From assembly GCA_012295275.1 (NCBI GenBank), contig CM022674.1, forward strand, positions 8,804,001 through 8,868,000: a stretch of 64,000 nucleotides of DNA. The letters are read 5' to 3'. Shown here one piece after another: positions 12,701 through 25,568 of this stretch. How positions within the stretch are numbered: the stretch's first letter is position 1; each line of letters begins with the position of its first letter. Position numbers and translations under genes: made by a program. The notes beneath the pieces were generated by a model. The model saw only the letters and a list, made by a program, of their open reading frames with translations, had not been told where the DNA came from and did no database searches. Source of the DNA: Chrysomallon squamiferum. Taxonomy: Eukaryota > Animalia > Mollusca.

Positions 12701-15700
12701 CAGGAAAACCTTTTGGAATGATGGCTGAAGTCTTTGATAAAATGGATTTACTTAACAATTCATCTATTTTATCAAGTATTTCAGAACAAAGTAATTCACA
12801 AGTCTTTTCAATAGATTCATCTTTCTGAAAATTAGTTGATGCAAACAAATCTGATTGTGCATTAGCATCCTTCATTGTTTTCTGTTGATGAACTGACAGT
12901 TCACATGAGCTGGAAGTACTAGTGTTCTCTAGTGATGTATCTTTGTGAAAAATAGATGAATGAATTGCCTGACAGGAACCAGAAGGCACATTCATTTTTT
13001 CTGATTCACAAAATGGAGATGAATTTTTATATTTTTCTGGCAGTGGCCGATTTTTGATAATAATGGATAAATCAGGCACACTCCTATCAACTGCAGAACA
13101 TTCGCACAAATTGTCTTTCTGATTTTCACACAATTCTGACACTTGACAAGAATTGTTGTTTGTTCTTGTAAATGATTTATTGCATAGTTTATTTGAGAAT
13201 TTATCTTCTACATCTTGACTGAATATCTTTTGGGATATATCTGGGTTGACCTGAAGATCACATTCATGTTTTTTATCACTTAGAGATTTACTGTCAACTT
13301 TTATTAATGCTGATGAAATGGAATGATCCTCTTCAAATCCACAGTTCTTTTGCAATGACTGTTTTGAAGAATTTTGTCCCTTTGAGTTGGAATGTTTATC
13401 TGGTAACATTTTTAATTCATTATTTTCATTCAAGATTGTTATGTTCCTTAGTTCTGTTTCTGTGTTATTGGAAGTTGCAGAAACGGTTATTTTGCTATCT
13501 GTTTTTGAAGAAACTTGAAATATTACTGATGTTTCAGAGTCAGGTTTTAATGTAGCACTAAGTAACTGTAAATCTGTTTTATCAGGCAGCAAATCTAGAA
13601 TATTTTTGGAGTCATTTAAAACAATGTTCTTGTACTCATGATGTAAATTATCGTCCACCTTTTCAGTTAAAGGAGATCCAGTGTTGTCTTGGTAAGGTGC
13701 ATACTGTGCCATTTTCAGTTTATCATTTGAAGTATCAACCTCACTCAAAACAGTTATGTTTTCTTTTTCACAATTTCTTGTACTGTTATGTAATAATTCA
13801 TTTGGAATCACATTATTACTTAAGCTTTCTTTTTCTACACTTTCTGATGTCACTGAACTGTGAATATGGAGAGAATCCATCTCATCACAATTTGTGGAAC
13901 AGGATTTGGTTTTATTTGTGATATCCAATTTAAAAACAGAACTGCATGAACAATTATTTTGCATTTTACTTTGTTGTTGCATTGTGGAATGGTTGGGTTC
14001 AGCTGAATCTGGAAGTGAATTATCTTTTTTGCATTCTGATATCACCATCTTGCTCTGAAAATATTTTTGTTGCTGGTTTTCATAAATTGTTGAAGGAAAA
14101 TTATTTGTTATTAGCTCCTTGTGTGTACAGGAAAGATTTATATCTGAGTTTATTTTTAAAGACTTCTTCTCATAGTGGTCTCCTGACACTAAACTACATT
14201 TTGTAATTTGGTCGATTTCTTCGTTCTTCAGACATTTTGTTTTAGTTTCAATATCTAGGATTTCAGTTTTATTTTTCTTATCAGAACATGCTGAAGCTGT
14301 ATTGTTTTTAGCTGATTCTTTTTTGCCATCTTCAAAAATAGTGATTGCTTTTTGATTTTTAGGCTTTGATACTTCATCTACCATATTTTCAGTTTGCTTG
14401 GCCAGTTTATGGCATCCAATCATTTCAGTTGCAATAAAAACAGCTGTATTGTGTTTACTATTTAACTGACATGTGTCTGTTTCAGTCTTGGCTTTGGCTG
14501 AAAATATTTCTAATGGATATGTGTCTGTTATAGCCTCATTCTTTTCGTCACAAACAGAAATTGCTGGATTTGGGGTTTTCATTGAGCAAGCTTCATATCT
14601 GCTAGTACAAATTAACTGACTAGGTTGCATCTCTGTATCTTCCTCTTTTTCTTTGGTTTCAGAATGTGTTTCTACCAATTTCATTTTTTCAACAATTTTT
14701 TCCAGGTTTAATGCTTTGGAGAGTTTGCTTTTCCTTGTCACTGCAGACTGTGAATGTTCTGTACATTTTAGATAATTGTTTTGGTTGTCATGATTCCCAC
14801 ATTCTGAATGGCATACTGTTGAAAGTTCTGGAAAAACAGTTTTAACTGGTCCAGTAATATCTTCTTTCTGTATCATTTCATTTACTTTAAAATGTTGCTG
14901 CTGTTGTTCTTCCTCAATATCTTTTGGTGACAACAAAGGCGGTGGTGAACCAAAGCTATCTTCATCTGAAGAATTTTCCGAGCCTGATCGCCTACTGTCA
15001 TTAACATTAGCTGGTGTTAGCAGAGGTGGTTCATCACTATTCAGTTTAGATAAAATATGTTCAGTCTGAAAATTATCTGCAAGTTCTGTATGTGATGTTA
15101 TTAATTCAACATCTCTGTGAGATAAATCACTGGAAAGTATTCCACTGTTTTTGCAAGTAGTCCCAGTGTTTACTTCATTTGCTTCATTTCTTTCTATTTT
15201 ATGAAATACTTCTTTTTCCTCATACAGATCAGGTGGTTCACTCTTTGTATCTTTTACTCTCATCACTTCGTTATTATCACCATTCATTTCATTACCTTCT
15301 TCTTTTTTTGCACTTATATTTTTTAAAATAACTGCATTTTCATCTATTCTTAAATTACCACTATCATTTGAATCTTCAGTACTGTTGTCAGAGGTAATAC
15401 ATGCAACTTCATTAAATTCTGATGACAGCTGACTTTTAGATGCAGTACTGTAATCCTGACATTCAGCAATGTCTTTTTTTTCTTTCTCAACATTTTTGGA
15501 ATCAACTTTAGGATTAATTTCCATGTCTGATTTTCTTACCTTCTCAAGGCATTCGCAATCTGGTATTTCAGTTTTGCAGTTAACCTTGGTGTCATTCCAA
15601 CCTTCAGTTTCATTGCCATTTGAAACTCTGTCAGTATTTGTAACTTCATTTGTAATCTGAGATTGCTTCTCATCAGTGTTAGATCCTCTACACTTTCGAC

Positions 15701-18700
15701 GGACATTTCTTCCTTCAGCAGGTTTGTCAATGTCTAGATCATCATACACTTTCAATAGTTCTTCATCAATGTCATAACCAACCACCCCTTCCCAGGGCTG
15801 AAAACTGCTGGGAAAGTTAAAATTTGTCCATGTTACTGGTCCTGAAGTCTCAGTTCTAGATTTCATCTCCGAGTCAGAATCATGGATTTTGATGTATTTG
15901 TGACATGTTGCCATTGCCTCCATGCCACCATCTAGATAGTTGTTTAAATTAGTTGCAATATTTTCAGACACATTTTCATAACTTAATTCTGTTGGGATGG
16001 GAATGTAATCACTAAAAATAACAGTATCTATTAGTTTGGCAGCCTCTTCTTGTCTTATCAGTGTTGGTTGTCCATATTTATTTGTTCGATGTGCTATTCT
16101 TCTATGTCGACACATGTTCACATAACAGTTGAATTTTCTCTTACAAACTGTACAAGCAAAGTTAAATCGGGATCGTTTTCCTGATATAGGAGATCTGATT
16201 TCTCCTTCCCATAATTCTACATCACTGGTTTCTTCTTTATTTTCTTTTATAGCAATAACTTCAGATGATTTATCATCAACATTATCTTTTTCTTCCATCT
16301 TTACATCATCACTGTTTTCGTCTTTAACCATAAATACTGGTGACATTTGTCTTTTGGATGCCCTGGTGGTCCTCTTCTCTTGAGCTGGTTCTGGTTTTAA
16401 CTTCTCACCACTAACACCTCGTATGAGAATACCATTCTGAAGAGATTCAGGATGCTGATTCCGTAAGTGTTTTCTGTAACTAGACAAATTTCCATACTTC
16501 TCATTACAGAACCTACAACTATACACTCGATCTTTATGATAACTTAGATGCATTTTCAGTCGTCCACCATTTGGAAATGCTTTACCACAGATGTTACATA
16601 TGTATTGTTTGTCACCTGAAACATAACAACTGACCATTAAATTAGAACAAATGTATTATGATTTAAGTCATGTACCAGTTAATAAATATCTTACAGTAAT
16701 GTAATATTTCGAAAACTGAAATGTTATAAAGATATAAATATTTTCAGATTATTATAAATAAAAGTTTTATTCATGCAAGATATTTACATTTCTTTTTTTT
16801 AATCATTACTATTTAAGCTACACAAAATATCTGGAAAATAAATAATTTCTCTGACATGTTTTGTTAAAGCTTAATTTCTTCTTTTGTATGTATTAATAAT
16901 TTACAGGAAAATAAACTGTTTATCTGAATTAGTATTGCTATAGCTTATAAGATGTACCTGAAACAGCATTCCGCTTGAACTGTTTAACTTTTTTCTTTTT
17001 TCCATTCTTCTTTTTGGTTTTTTTTATTATTGCTGCTGTTGTTCTGTCTGCTGCAGTATCCCTCATTCTGAAACCATCAGCTGAATCAGGACCTTGTGGA
17101 ATCATTTTGTCTGATTCACTTGATGATTCTGTTTTTAAAACAGTCTTAAATTCATTTTGAACTTTCATTTTTTGTTTTAACTTCTTGAAACTTAGCTTTG
17201 AATGTGAATGTGAGCTGTTGATGTGTTTTCTAAGTTCAGTGATATTGGGGAACTTTGTTGGACATATTTTGCAAGAGAAGTTATTTCCAGCATGAAACTG
17301 GATATGTTTCTTCATACTAGTGACTGACATGAATGTCTTGCCACAGATTTCACAAGGGAAAGCTGTTTCAATACCTTCTGAAAAAAAAATAATAATAAAA
17401 TAAATGAACTAACAAACTAAAACAAAAAATAAATCAAATATAAATAACTTAGCAACAATTGTATCTATATTACGGTGATAAGTAAATTTTATTTTATTTA
17501 TCATTGTAAATTATTTCAGTGATAAAACATGATAACATGCTCTGCCATAATAAAGCAAAAAGCACTAATGCATTTCATATTTAAATATGAGTTCTAGAAA
17601 TTTGAATAAAGATTAAATTTTTGATATCTTGCATTAAAAACTGAAGAATCAATGCCTATAAAATTCTGACTAAACATACTTGTATTAGTTATGAATCTTA
17701 GTGAAATATGAAGAACAAAAGTTTAATTTTCAAATGCCATTATGTTATTCATTCCCTATATTTTTGTTTTTAAAGAAAATTTCCAATATCTTAAATGATG
17801 GCTATAGGAAATCATCAAAATAAAATAGTATATACCAGCATGAGTAATTTTGTGTCGAGTAAGGTCAACTTTGAGCACAAATTTTAGATGACATACAGGA
17901 CAGCTATGTAGTTTTGTTTTATCCTTATTCATACCATCACACTCATGTTCCCTTAAATCCTCAGCAAAATCAAATAATTCTGAACAAACAAAACATCTGT
18001 AGAGCCCGGGCATATCAAGATCACAAACACCATTCATCTTTGAATTTTTTGCTTTTCTCATTTTTTTCATTTCATATCTAGCTTTGACACACTTTTCCTG
18101 TTGAACTACATTCACCATGCAGTTGGTTATATCTGCCAGAGTCAAATATTTTGCATTGATGTGTTGTCTGATAATATGTCGTTTGAGACTAAACATCCGA
18201 TTGTAAGGAGCTCCACAAATGTCACACGCATACATAATCCCTCCATTTTTAGTTCTGGCTTTGTGTTCTTCACGAAGTACAAAGTGGTAAACTTTATCTG
18301 GAGAATGTTCACTGTGAAGCTTCATGTCTGGTGTCAGCCAAGAGGTGCCATTACCAGCCCCTTTAGACTTTGATGATGTTCCTGCAGAACTGTTTTCTCC
18401 ATTTTTATTAACATGTTGTGACTGCTGTTTCTCATTAATGCTCTTTTCAGATTTTACACTGGTTTTTAATTCAGCTTCATCCTTTATGGATGTAGATTTA
18501 CTTTCAATATTTACTTTATTAACTTTTTCATCTTTAGTCAAGTATTCATAAAGTAAAAGATGTTTCATTTTTTCATCAACATTGTCAGGGCTGCTCTTCT
18601 TTTTAGAATTCCTGGTTTCCTTGATATCTGAAAAAAATTAACATTGTATTTAATAAATCAACTGCCCAGTATATTCACATTTTGACAAAAATTCTGTTTT

Positions 18701-20703
18701 TCATTTTTTCATCAATTACTGAAGAATATTTGGAGAAATAATTGTAACAAACCTGAGTCATTCAAAAGAACTGGTTTTCGTTTCCCATGATGCCGTTTAC
18801 CTCTCAGCGGAGCAAACCAGGTAAGAAGTTCCTCTCCAGCAGAGATTGGCTAAAATATTTTACATCTAATAATTAATTTTATATTATTAAATAAACTACA
18901 AAGTATGAAAAAAGATACTGTAAGCTTGTTTTTAAAGATTAACAATGTTTTATAATTATACAACTTTTTAATCATTGTTAAATTTGAGTCATTCCATGTA
19001 CAAAAGTGAGTTGCTCAGTAAGGGAGCTTGTTATTCATGTGAAAGAATAGAGAATAGAAATTTTAAGAATATGTATAGAGTTAGCCAGATCTTTACTTTC
19101 TGCAGGAAATATAAATAAAATGAGACATCTTGACAATAACATCAATTTTACTTCATAAGAAATAATAATTATTTGTCTTAATCAGATCTTTCTGATGAAG
19201 GTATACTCAAAGAGAAATACCTTCTGATAAAGTTAATTTTGTGAAATCTGAAGTAACATTTTTTAAAGTTGATGTTGTTTAATTTCTTTTGTTAACAATA
19301 TTCTTTACTCTTTTTTTTTTAATACATTACAGTGATGTCGAATTCCAAAGATAATGAATTTTTGAACTGTTTAAAAAGAAATGTTTGGAAATAAAATTTA
19401 GATTAAATGTTTTCTGGGGTCTGTTACAGAATCTCTTAAATGTGTATATGTTACAGGAAATACATATTATTAGGAAATATTTATAATTCCTGAAAATTTC
19501 AGAAAAATATGTATGATGTCCGATTCACTAAGGAAACTGGCAATACAATAGCTGCATGTAGATCATCCTCTGACTGCAATTGATGGATAATTTCTGGAGT
19601 TAGGCTAGATGATGAAAGGCCAGTGCTAGCACAATATGCAACAATGGGAACACTTAATTCTTCTCTTAAGACTGGATTAGTGAAAATGCACTGTTTTCAG
19701 TACAACAGGTCATTCAGTTGTACTGTTATCTCTTAACCAACAAACAAATATGTCATCAATGTCAGTTTGCTCTTTCTACAGACTCATGGATCTTTACCAA
19801 CTCTGGCCCAAATTATTTTTAGTTCGGTGATTACACTGAAATTTTATGGAATTATATGTATTTCCTAATAATACATATAAACCTTTTTCAAATAAATTGA
19901 AAGTTAAAAATAAAAAATAATGATTTACCCGGATAGCTTTGTAGAATATCTCACTACCCTTTTGAATTGAAACAATGTTCTGCTCCTCAAAGAACCGGGC
20001 ACAATTAACATATCTCATCCAGTTACCAGTTTTAGGCTTTGTTGCATTTATAATATGCAATAACTTGTTTGTCTTTTGGTCATAAACCTATAAAAAAAAA
20101 TTCTTGATCACTAAATTATCATTTACAGTTTGGATATTCATCTATAATCAAATATATTTAGCAAAATTTCATATATAATAAAGTAAGAAAATCAAAAATA
20201 ATGATGTCAACAGTAAAATTATAAAGATGTCTGCATAATCAATTATAATGCTAATATTTTGTTTTCCTTGGTTTAATGTTTGTCCCTTCTTTATAATATT
20301 TGAATAGCAGAATTATTATGTGAAGGTGTAGCAGAATGATTCACCTCCCAGGCAAATCTGTAATTGACTTCTTCATCATCACCCTCAAGGATAACTTCCC
20401 CTGCAAATGGTCCAAAAAGTTGGCCTTCAGCTATAGGAACAGTGCAGTACACACCTGAAAGAAGTACAAACAATGTGAAATAAAGACAATTTTAAAATGA
20501 TAACATGAAAAAGGAAATCAATAGATTACTAGCCTTTCACAATCAGCAAACTGACCAAACTGATACAGTGATACTTCATATTTGTTTAAAATTATGACCA
20601 TTTTACCTAAAGCTCCTTTATGCACTATGGATGGATTAAGCTGAATTCCAGGTGGGGTAACCATGTGACTCGGGACAGTCTTGCTAGCTGACACCTTAGA
20701 CAT
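9738..20703 (-). CDS. PRDM2: PR/SET-domain zinc-finger protein, PRDM2/RIZ-like, 2850 aa, 7 coding exons, 12 zinc fingers
   Basis: Exons 20703-20607, 20454-20345, 20087-19929, 18849-18753, 18627-17836, 17377-16958, 16615-9738; all GT-AG, phases consistent, 8553 nt. PR domain: LGVYC...FGPFAG...FAWEV...[17 protein letters not shown]...[19 protein letters not shown]. The C-terminal fingers YTCTRC...LHVHIINC and [24 protein letters not shown] resemble the C2HC-type last fingers of vertebrate PRDM2. The PRDM family call is secure; PRDM2 orthology is from recall and needs a phylogeny. Confidence 0.85.
18988..19060 (+). repeat. Dispersed repeat copy A (about 75 bp) in a PRDM intron
   Basis: Reverse-complement match of roughly 80% by eye to 22783-22857; shared core TTGCTCAGTAAGGGAGCTTG and TAGAGAATAGAAA. 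Confidence 0.8.
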
Positions 20704-21290
20704 GGTGAATGTTTATCATAAACTAATCATAAATAATCTGAAAGAAACAAAATTATAATAAGATTTAAACATAATAATTATTAAAATATTTGGAACATAA
20801 TATTTTGTTTTAGCTGCTGGTAAACTACAAAAAACAACTGCAAGGAATTATAATTGGGTTATAAACATTTTTAGGAACTCCAAAAATTATAATGTTTTTA
20901 AAACAAAGACCACCTTCTATCATAACAGCCAGGATGAAAAAAAAGGTTTTTTTTTTTTAATTTGTGGTAACAGAATACTTTGTTTAAATTTCCACTGATG
21001 TAATAATTTTTAGGTATTTTATTACCAGTTTATTTTATCTCTTTGTAAATTACACTCTGAAGATGTTTAAAAAAGCATTAGCACAAAAAATAAATTTTAA
21101 AAAATAGAAGGCTCATGTGAACTAAATGAGTTTGATAAATAAATTTACTTATCATGCTGGCACCAGCAAAAAAATATATATACTGCTAAATAATAAAAAT
21201 GAAAGTACATTTTCGTAAAAATGTTGTTTTGGAAAATTATGTCAAAAAAAAACTAAATATATATATATTCATCAAACAATAATAAAATAA

Positions 21291-21333
<43 letters not shown>
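21291..21333. repeat. (AAT)n microsatellite
   Basis: Directly visible trinucleotide run. Confidence 0.9.
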
Positions 21334-21337
<4 letters not shown>

Positions 21338-21976
21338 TAAAATAAACAGTAGTTAATTTTAACTCGATATTTTATAAACTCAGGAAAAAATTTAATAATA
21401 ATAATAATAATATTTTAAAAGAAAATAGGTGGAATAAAAGAAATATTTGTCATTCATAGAAATTATAAAATTTTATATATATGGAATCAAGTATGTTTCA
21501 TTTTTCTTAAATTAATTTTTTTTTCTTGCATCATCCTACTCAAATGTAAAAATACATTAATAACATATTAAAACCAGCAAAACTGAATTTTATAAATAAC
21601 TGGAAAAAATATATTTTCAAATAAATCTATATATTCTCACAAATGCTGTAAATTAGTCTTCAAAACTCAAAATATATTTTCAATGTCAAAAGAACATTAA
21701 CAAAGTCCTTTGTTTGAACAATGTACTGTCCTATCTTTATCCAAATATCCAACTCTTTTTCATCAAGTTTCTCTAACAATGACCAAATTTTAATGAATTA
21801 ACTTTCAAACTGTAATAAGCAAATGAACACATTATTAGTAGTAAGTCTGACCTAGAAAACCGAAAATTACCTATAACCAGTAAATGCAGACGTCAAATTG
21901 TACGCCTGACTGTCTGCACGTTTGTATTGCTAATACGATAACGTTGTGTTAATACATGTATTAGAAAACGCCTTAC

Positions 21977-22180
21977 AAATAACAGCTATTTTTAATTCGC
22001 AGATAATTATTCCAATGACCTAGATTATGTTTGACATATCGTAAGCCTCCAAATGCATCATTCCAACTAGTGGTAATAAAAATTTTGAAAACTATTACAT
22101 AAAAACCATGTATATCGCCGATTAAAGACCATTTGGTGATCACATCCAGTCGCCGTTCTTCGGTCGCCATATTGAAATCA
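21977..22180 (-). promoter_or_regulatory. Probable TSS and non-coding first exon of the PRDM gene, with a YY1-type motif
   Basis: Minus strand reads AATATGGCG at about 22173-22165 (YY1-like, typical just downstream of a TSS) in CpG-rich DNA. Candidate donors attt|gtaagg (21976) or atag|gtaatt (21870); acceptor tttcag| at 20738, 34 nt before the ATG. Confidence 0.55.
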
Positions 22181-22782
22181 ACATCTGTGGTAACCGGAGC
22201 ACATTACTTCTCTCAGTTGTATTTTCACATGTTATTTTGAAATACAATTGTTCTCAAACCAACATCTTGAAACACGAACAAATACTAAGTTATTTCATAT
22301 AAAATTATATATACAAATATCAAAAATGAAAACTAAACAAAATAAATAAATCACAATACCGCATGAGGCAAAGTTTAAAGATTTAGTTGATGCCTTAATC
22401 TTGGGTGCCCGAGAAGTATATATATAAATGCGTGCCACCACACGCACAAAGTAGTTCAAACAAATCCATCTCCTCGTTATCGATTTAACAATTATTTGTT
22501 AAACTGTATTTAACACATATATTTATTAATTTATTCATTATATTTATTTATTTTTTATTTTTTATTTTAATGTAAAATAATTTTTAAAAATATATTTTCT
22601 CAATTATTTTATTTTGAAACTCGTTTCATTTTAATTTTTAATTAATATAATTTTGTATTTATCAATACAAATTAATTTTTACAACAAAGGACGAAGACAT
22701 TTATAAAAGTTTATTAAATTCAAACTCTACCTTAAAAGTAGAACAATTCCAACTTTTTCAAAGATACCTGCCTCATTTAACC

Positions 22783-22857
22783 TTTCTATTCTCTACTCTT
22801 TCACTCGAATGACCAAGCTCCCTTACTGAGCAATTCATTCTTGCACGTGGAATGGTC
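22783..22857 (-). repeat. Dispersed repeat copy B, inverted relative to copy A
   Basis: Its reverse complement GACCATTCCACGTGCAAGAATGAATTGCTCAGTAAGGGAGCTTGGTCATTCGAGTGAAAGAGTAGAGAATAGAAA aligns to 18988-19060. Confidence 0.8.
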
Positions 22858-25451
22858 GTTAAGGGGTCTAATTTAAGAATGAATACCAAATTTTATATGT
22901 TATTAGTAACAGCGTAAGCAAAAATATGCTATCATCTATTGAATGAAATGACATGGAAAATATTTGCTGCTAAATGTTAAGCGACATATCACCATCGCTA
23001 TATGAACATTTTATTGTTTCCTGTAAACGTCAATTTTCACCTTCAATGAAAAATAGACTCGCCCAGGAGAATATTATGTTCAATAAACAGTATGTAGATA
23101 TAATAACAGTTAAATTGTACATTTAATAATTCAGTGCAGAGCATCAACTTTACACAAAACCCTAATCATTACAAAATAAAATAAAGATAAACTTTTCCTC
23201 AAAATCGACAAATTGTTTTCCCTTACAAAAACGACCTTTTGTGACCTTCTGTCGGCCGGGTATTTGGACACTATTTATATTGTGTTGATAAATATAAGAA
23301 TAATGAAATCACTTCGTTCAGTTTATACCTAAACAGTTTTATAACAATCATATGTTGTTGTATATTTTTTATCTTTTTCTAAATTAATTCAAATTAATAT
23401 CAAGGTATTAAGAAATATTTTTATTTTATTTTTGAAAACATTAGGATAAATAACGTTTAGTAAATAAATAAATAAAAAAAATAAAAAGAGAGAAAAATAT
23501 TACTCGACACAAAATAATCCGGCTTATCATCTACTTTTATAAAAATTAATTTTAGCTGCTAAATCTCGATGCAGAATAGAAACAAAGATACAAAGAAAGC
23601 GCGAAGACAAGCATATTTTGTAAACGAGCGAAACTTCATAAATCAATATGAGCTAGTCTGATTACGAACAACGAACTGTCGTGTCCTCGCTAAATCTTCC
23701 GTGTTTCAAACCCAGCAAGTTTATATAAAAGTTCGAACAATAAGCGTTGTAACCATCACTTTGTCGTATTAAAAACTCAACAGTTTCATATTTAGAACGG
23801 GTCAGACAATATCTGTTTGGTTATTTGTCATTATTTTGTTGTATGATTTATTTATGACTTTTCAGGACATCCGTGTTTGTTTTTCAACATGGCCGCCTTT
23901 TTTTCCCCTTTTTTTTTTTTTCAAAGGGTAGTATCTAATGTATCAACCTGTCATTTGATTCAAATTTTCATTGCAAAATTGGCTGATTATTGAAAACTGA
24001 AATTAAAATTAATATTTGAAAAACCTCCACGAAGCATCATAAGCTGCACAGATATGGCGATTTATGTTTGCACGTAGTTCAGTGAATTCTGCGTACCTAC
24101 ACGTATACCAAGCACAAACGTGTGGGTCATTTGTTAGTGATACGAGATCTTAACTATGCAACGTTGATATAATAGACAGCTTATAATATATCTCTGTGTA
24201 ATTTATGTTATTCGCATATGTATTCATTATACCATACCTAGCACAGCAGAGCCGTAACAGAAATGAATTTAGAAATAATGTAACAGGCCAATCTTACAAT
24301 CGCATTACGGAATATAAAAATACTTTATTACGACATGTTTTGCTATAACATAGTAGAAACCGACTTTGAGGTTTGGATAATGATTTTAAATGTGTTTTTG
24401 TCATTTCAGTTACATACACATTGTAATTCTAATTCAGAATTTTAAATCGAAGTGGGGTGCCAATATTTGATTTAAAATAAAATCTACAAACAAGCACTCG
24501 GTAACAATATCTATATTTCCACTGTTTAGTACAAGCAATGGTAATCTAACTTTTCAGATGAATTTATATAACACATATATCTTTACGCATTCGCTGATTA
24601 AATATCAATATAGAAAGATTGAACAAAGGGTGTTTTTTTTTTTTTTTTTTTTTTTTTTCTAAAATAAGGTTCTGCAGACATAAAATTAAACATTTTCAGC
24701 TGGACCAAATAAAATGACTATGGTGTGCAATGATACTTTCCTAAATGAATTGGAAAAGCTGCTTCTGTAGTCGACAGAACAATGTTTGATAAATAAACGT
24801 TTCATTACGAAGCAGAATTAATATCCATATATAATATTTTACTTTTTAAAATATTTCAGCAATAAATGGGAAGACATCATTCAAAAGAATTAAATACTTT
24901 GTATTAATAATAATAATAATAATAAATTGTGAAATGTGATATGTGTGTTTTTAAAAGGAAACAAAATGTTTTTTTTTGTTTTTTTTCAAGAAAATAATTG
25001 TACATTACCTTCATTTGTACTTATTATTTTCATTTCTTTTGTATTTTTCACAACCAGTATTTCATGAAATTTGTACGAAGTGAAACCTATAGCGAATTTT
25101 GTTAAGAAATCAGCGTATTGTTATTTTGCACGTGTGCATCATCTTTGGTGTTTCTAAATAAGGAAATAAAACTAAAGAACCCCCAAACCATTAATAATAA
25201 TAATTTTATTTGAATCATATCTTTCATACATTTTCTTTCTTTCTTTTCCCGTTTTTAATTTAAATTACATGCACTTTATTAGTCGTAATGCTATCCCTGT
25301 TATTAAATAAAAGACATTTTATAACACAGTGATTTATCGAAAATTAATAGTGGCTGATTTAATAGACGTATGCAATATACCGTCAGTCATAACTTTAATT
25401 CCTTATAAAATCACTATATATATGTTATTGTATATGTACGTACACGCACGT

Positions 25452-25568
25452 ATAATCGGTTACAGTCTTAAGATACGAGCTTTATCCTGCGAAGGCTGAG
25501 TCTCGCCTGCATCGGGCCATTCTAACCTTTAGTGCAACATCAGATATCTTAAAGCTGTAATCAGTTAT
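25452..25568. repeat. Short inverted-repeat element (MITE-like or hairpin)
   Basis: Arms ATAATCGGTTACAGTCTTAAGATA (25452-25475) and TATCTTAAAGCTGTAATCAGTTAT (25545-25568) are 19/24 complementary and enclose a GC-richer core. Confidence 0.6.

Noticed and set aside
16616-16637. ATG start of the 2299 aa ORF as a standalone gene
   Set aside because: MVSCYVS is intronic; the acceptor at 16616 links the exon in frame to upstream PRDM exons.
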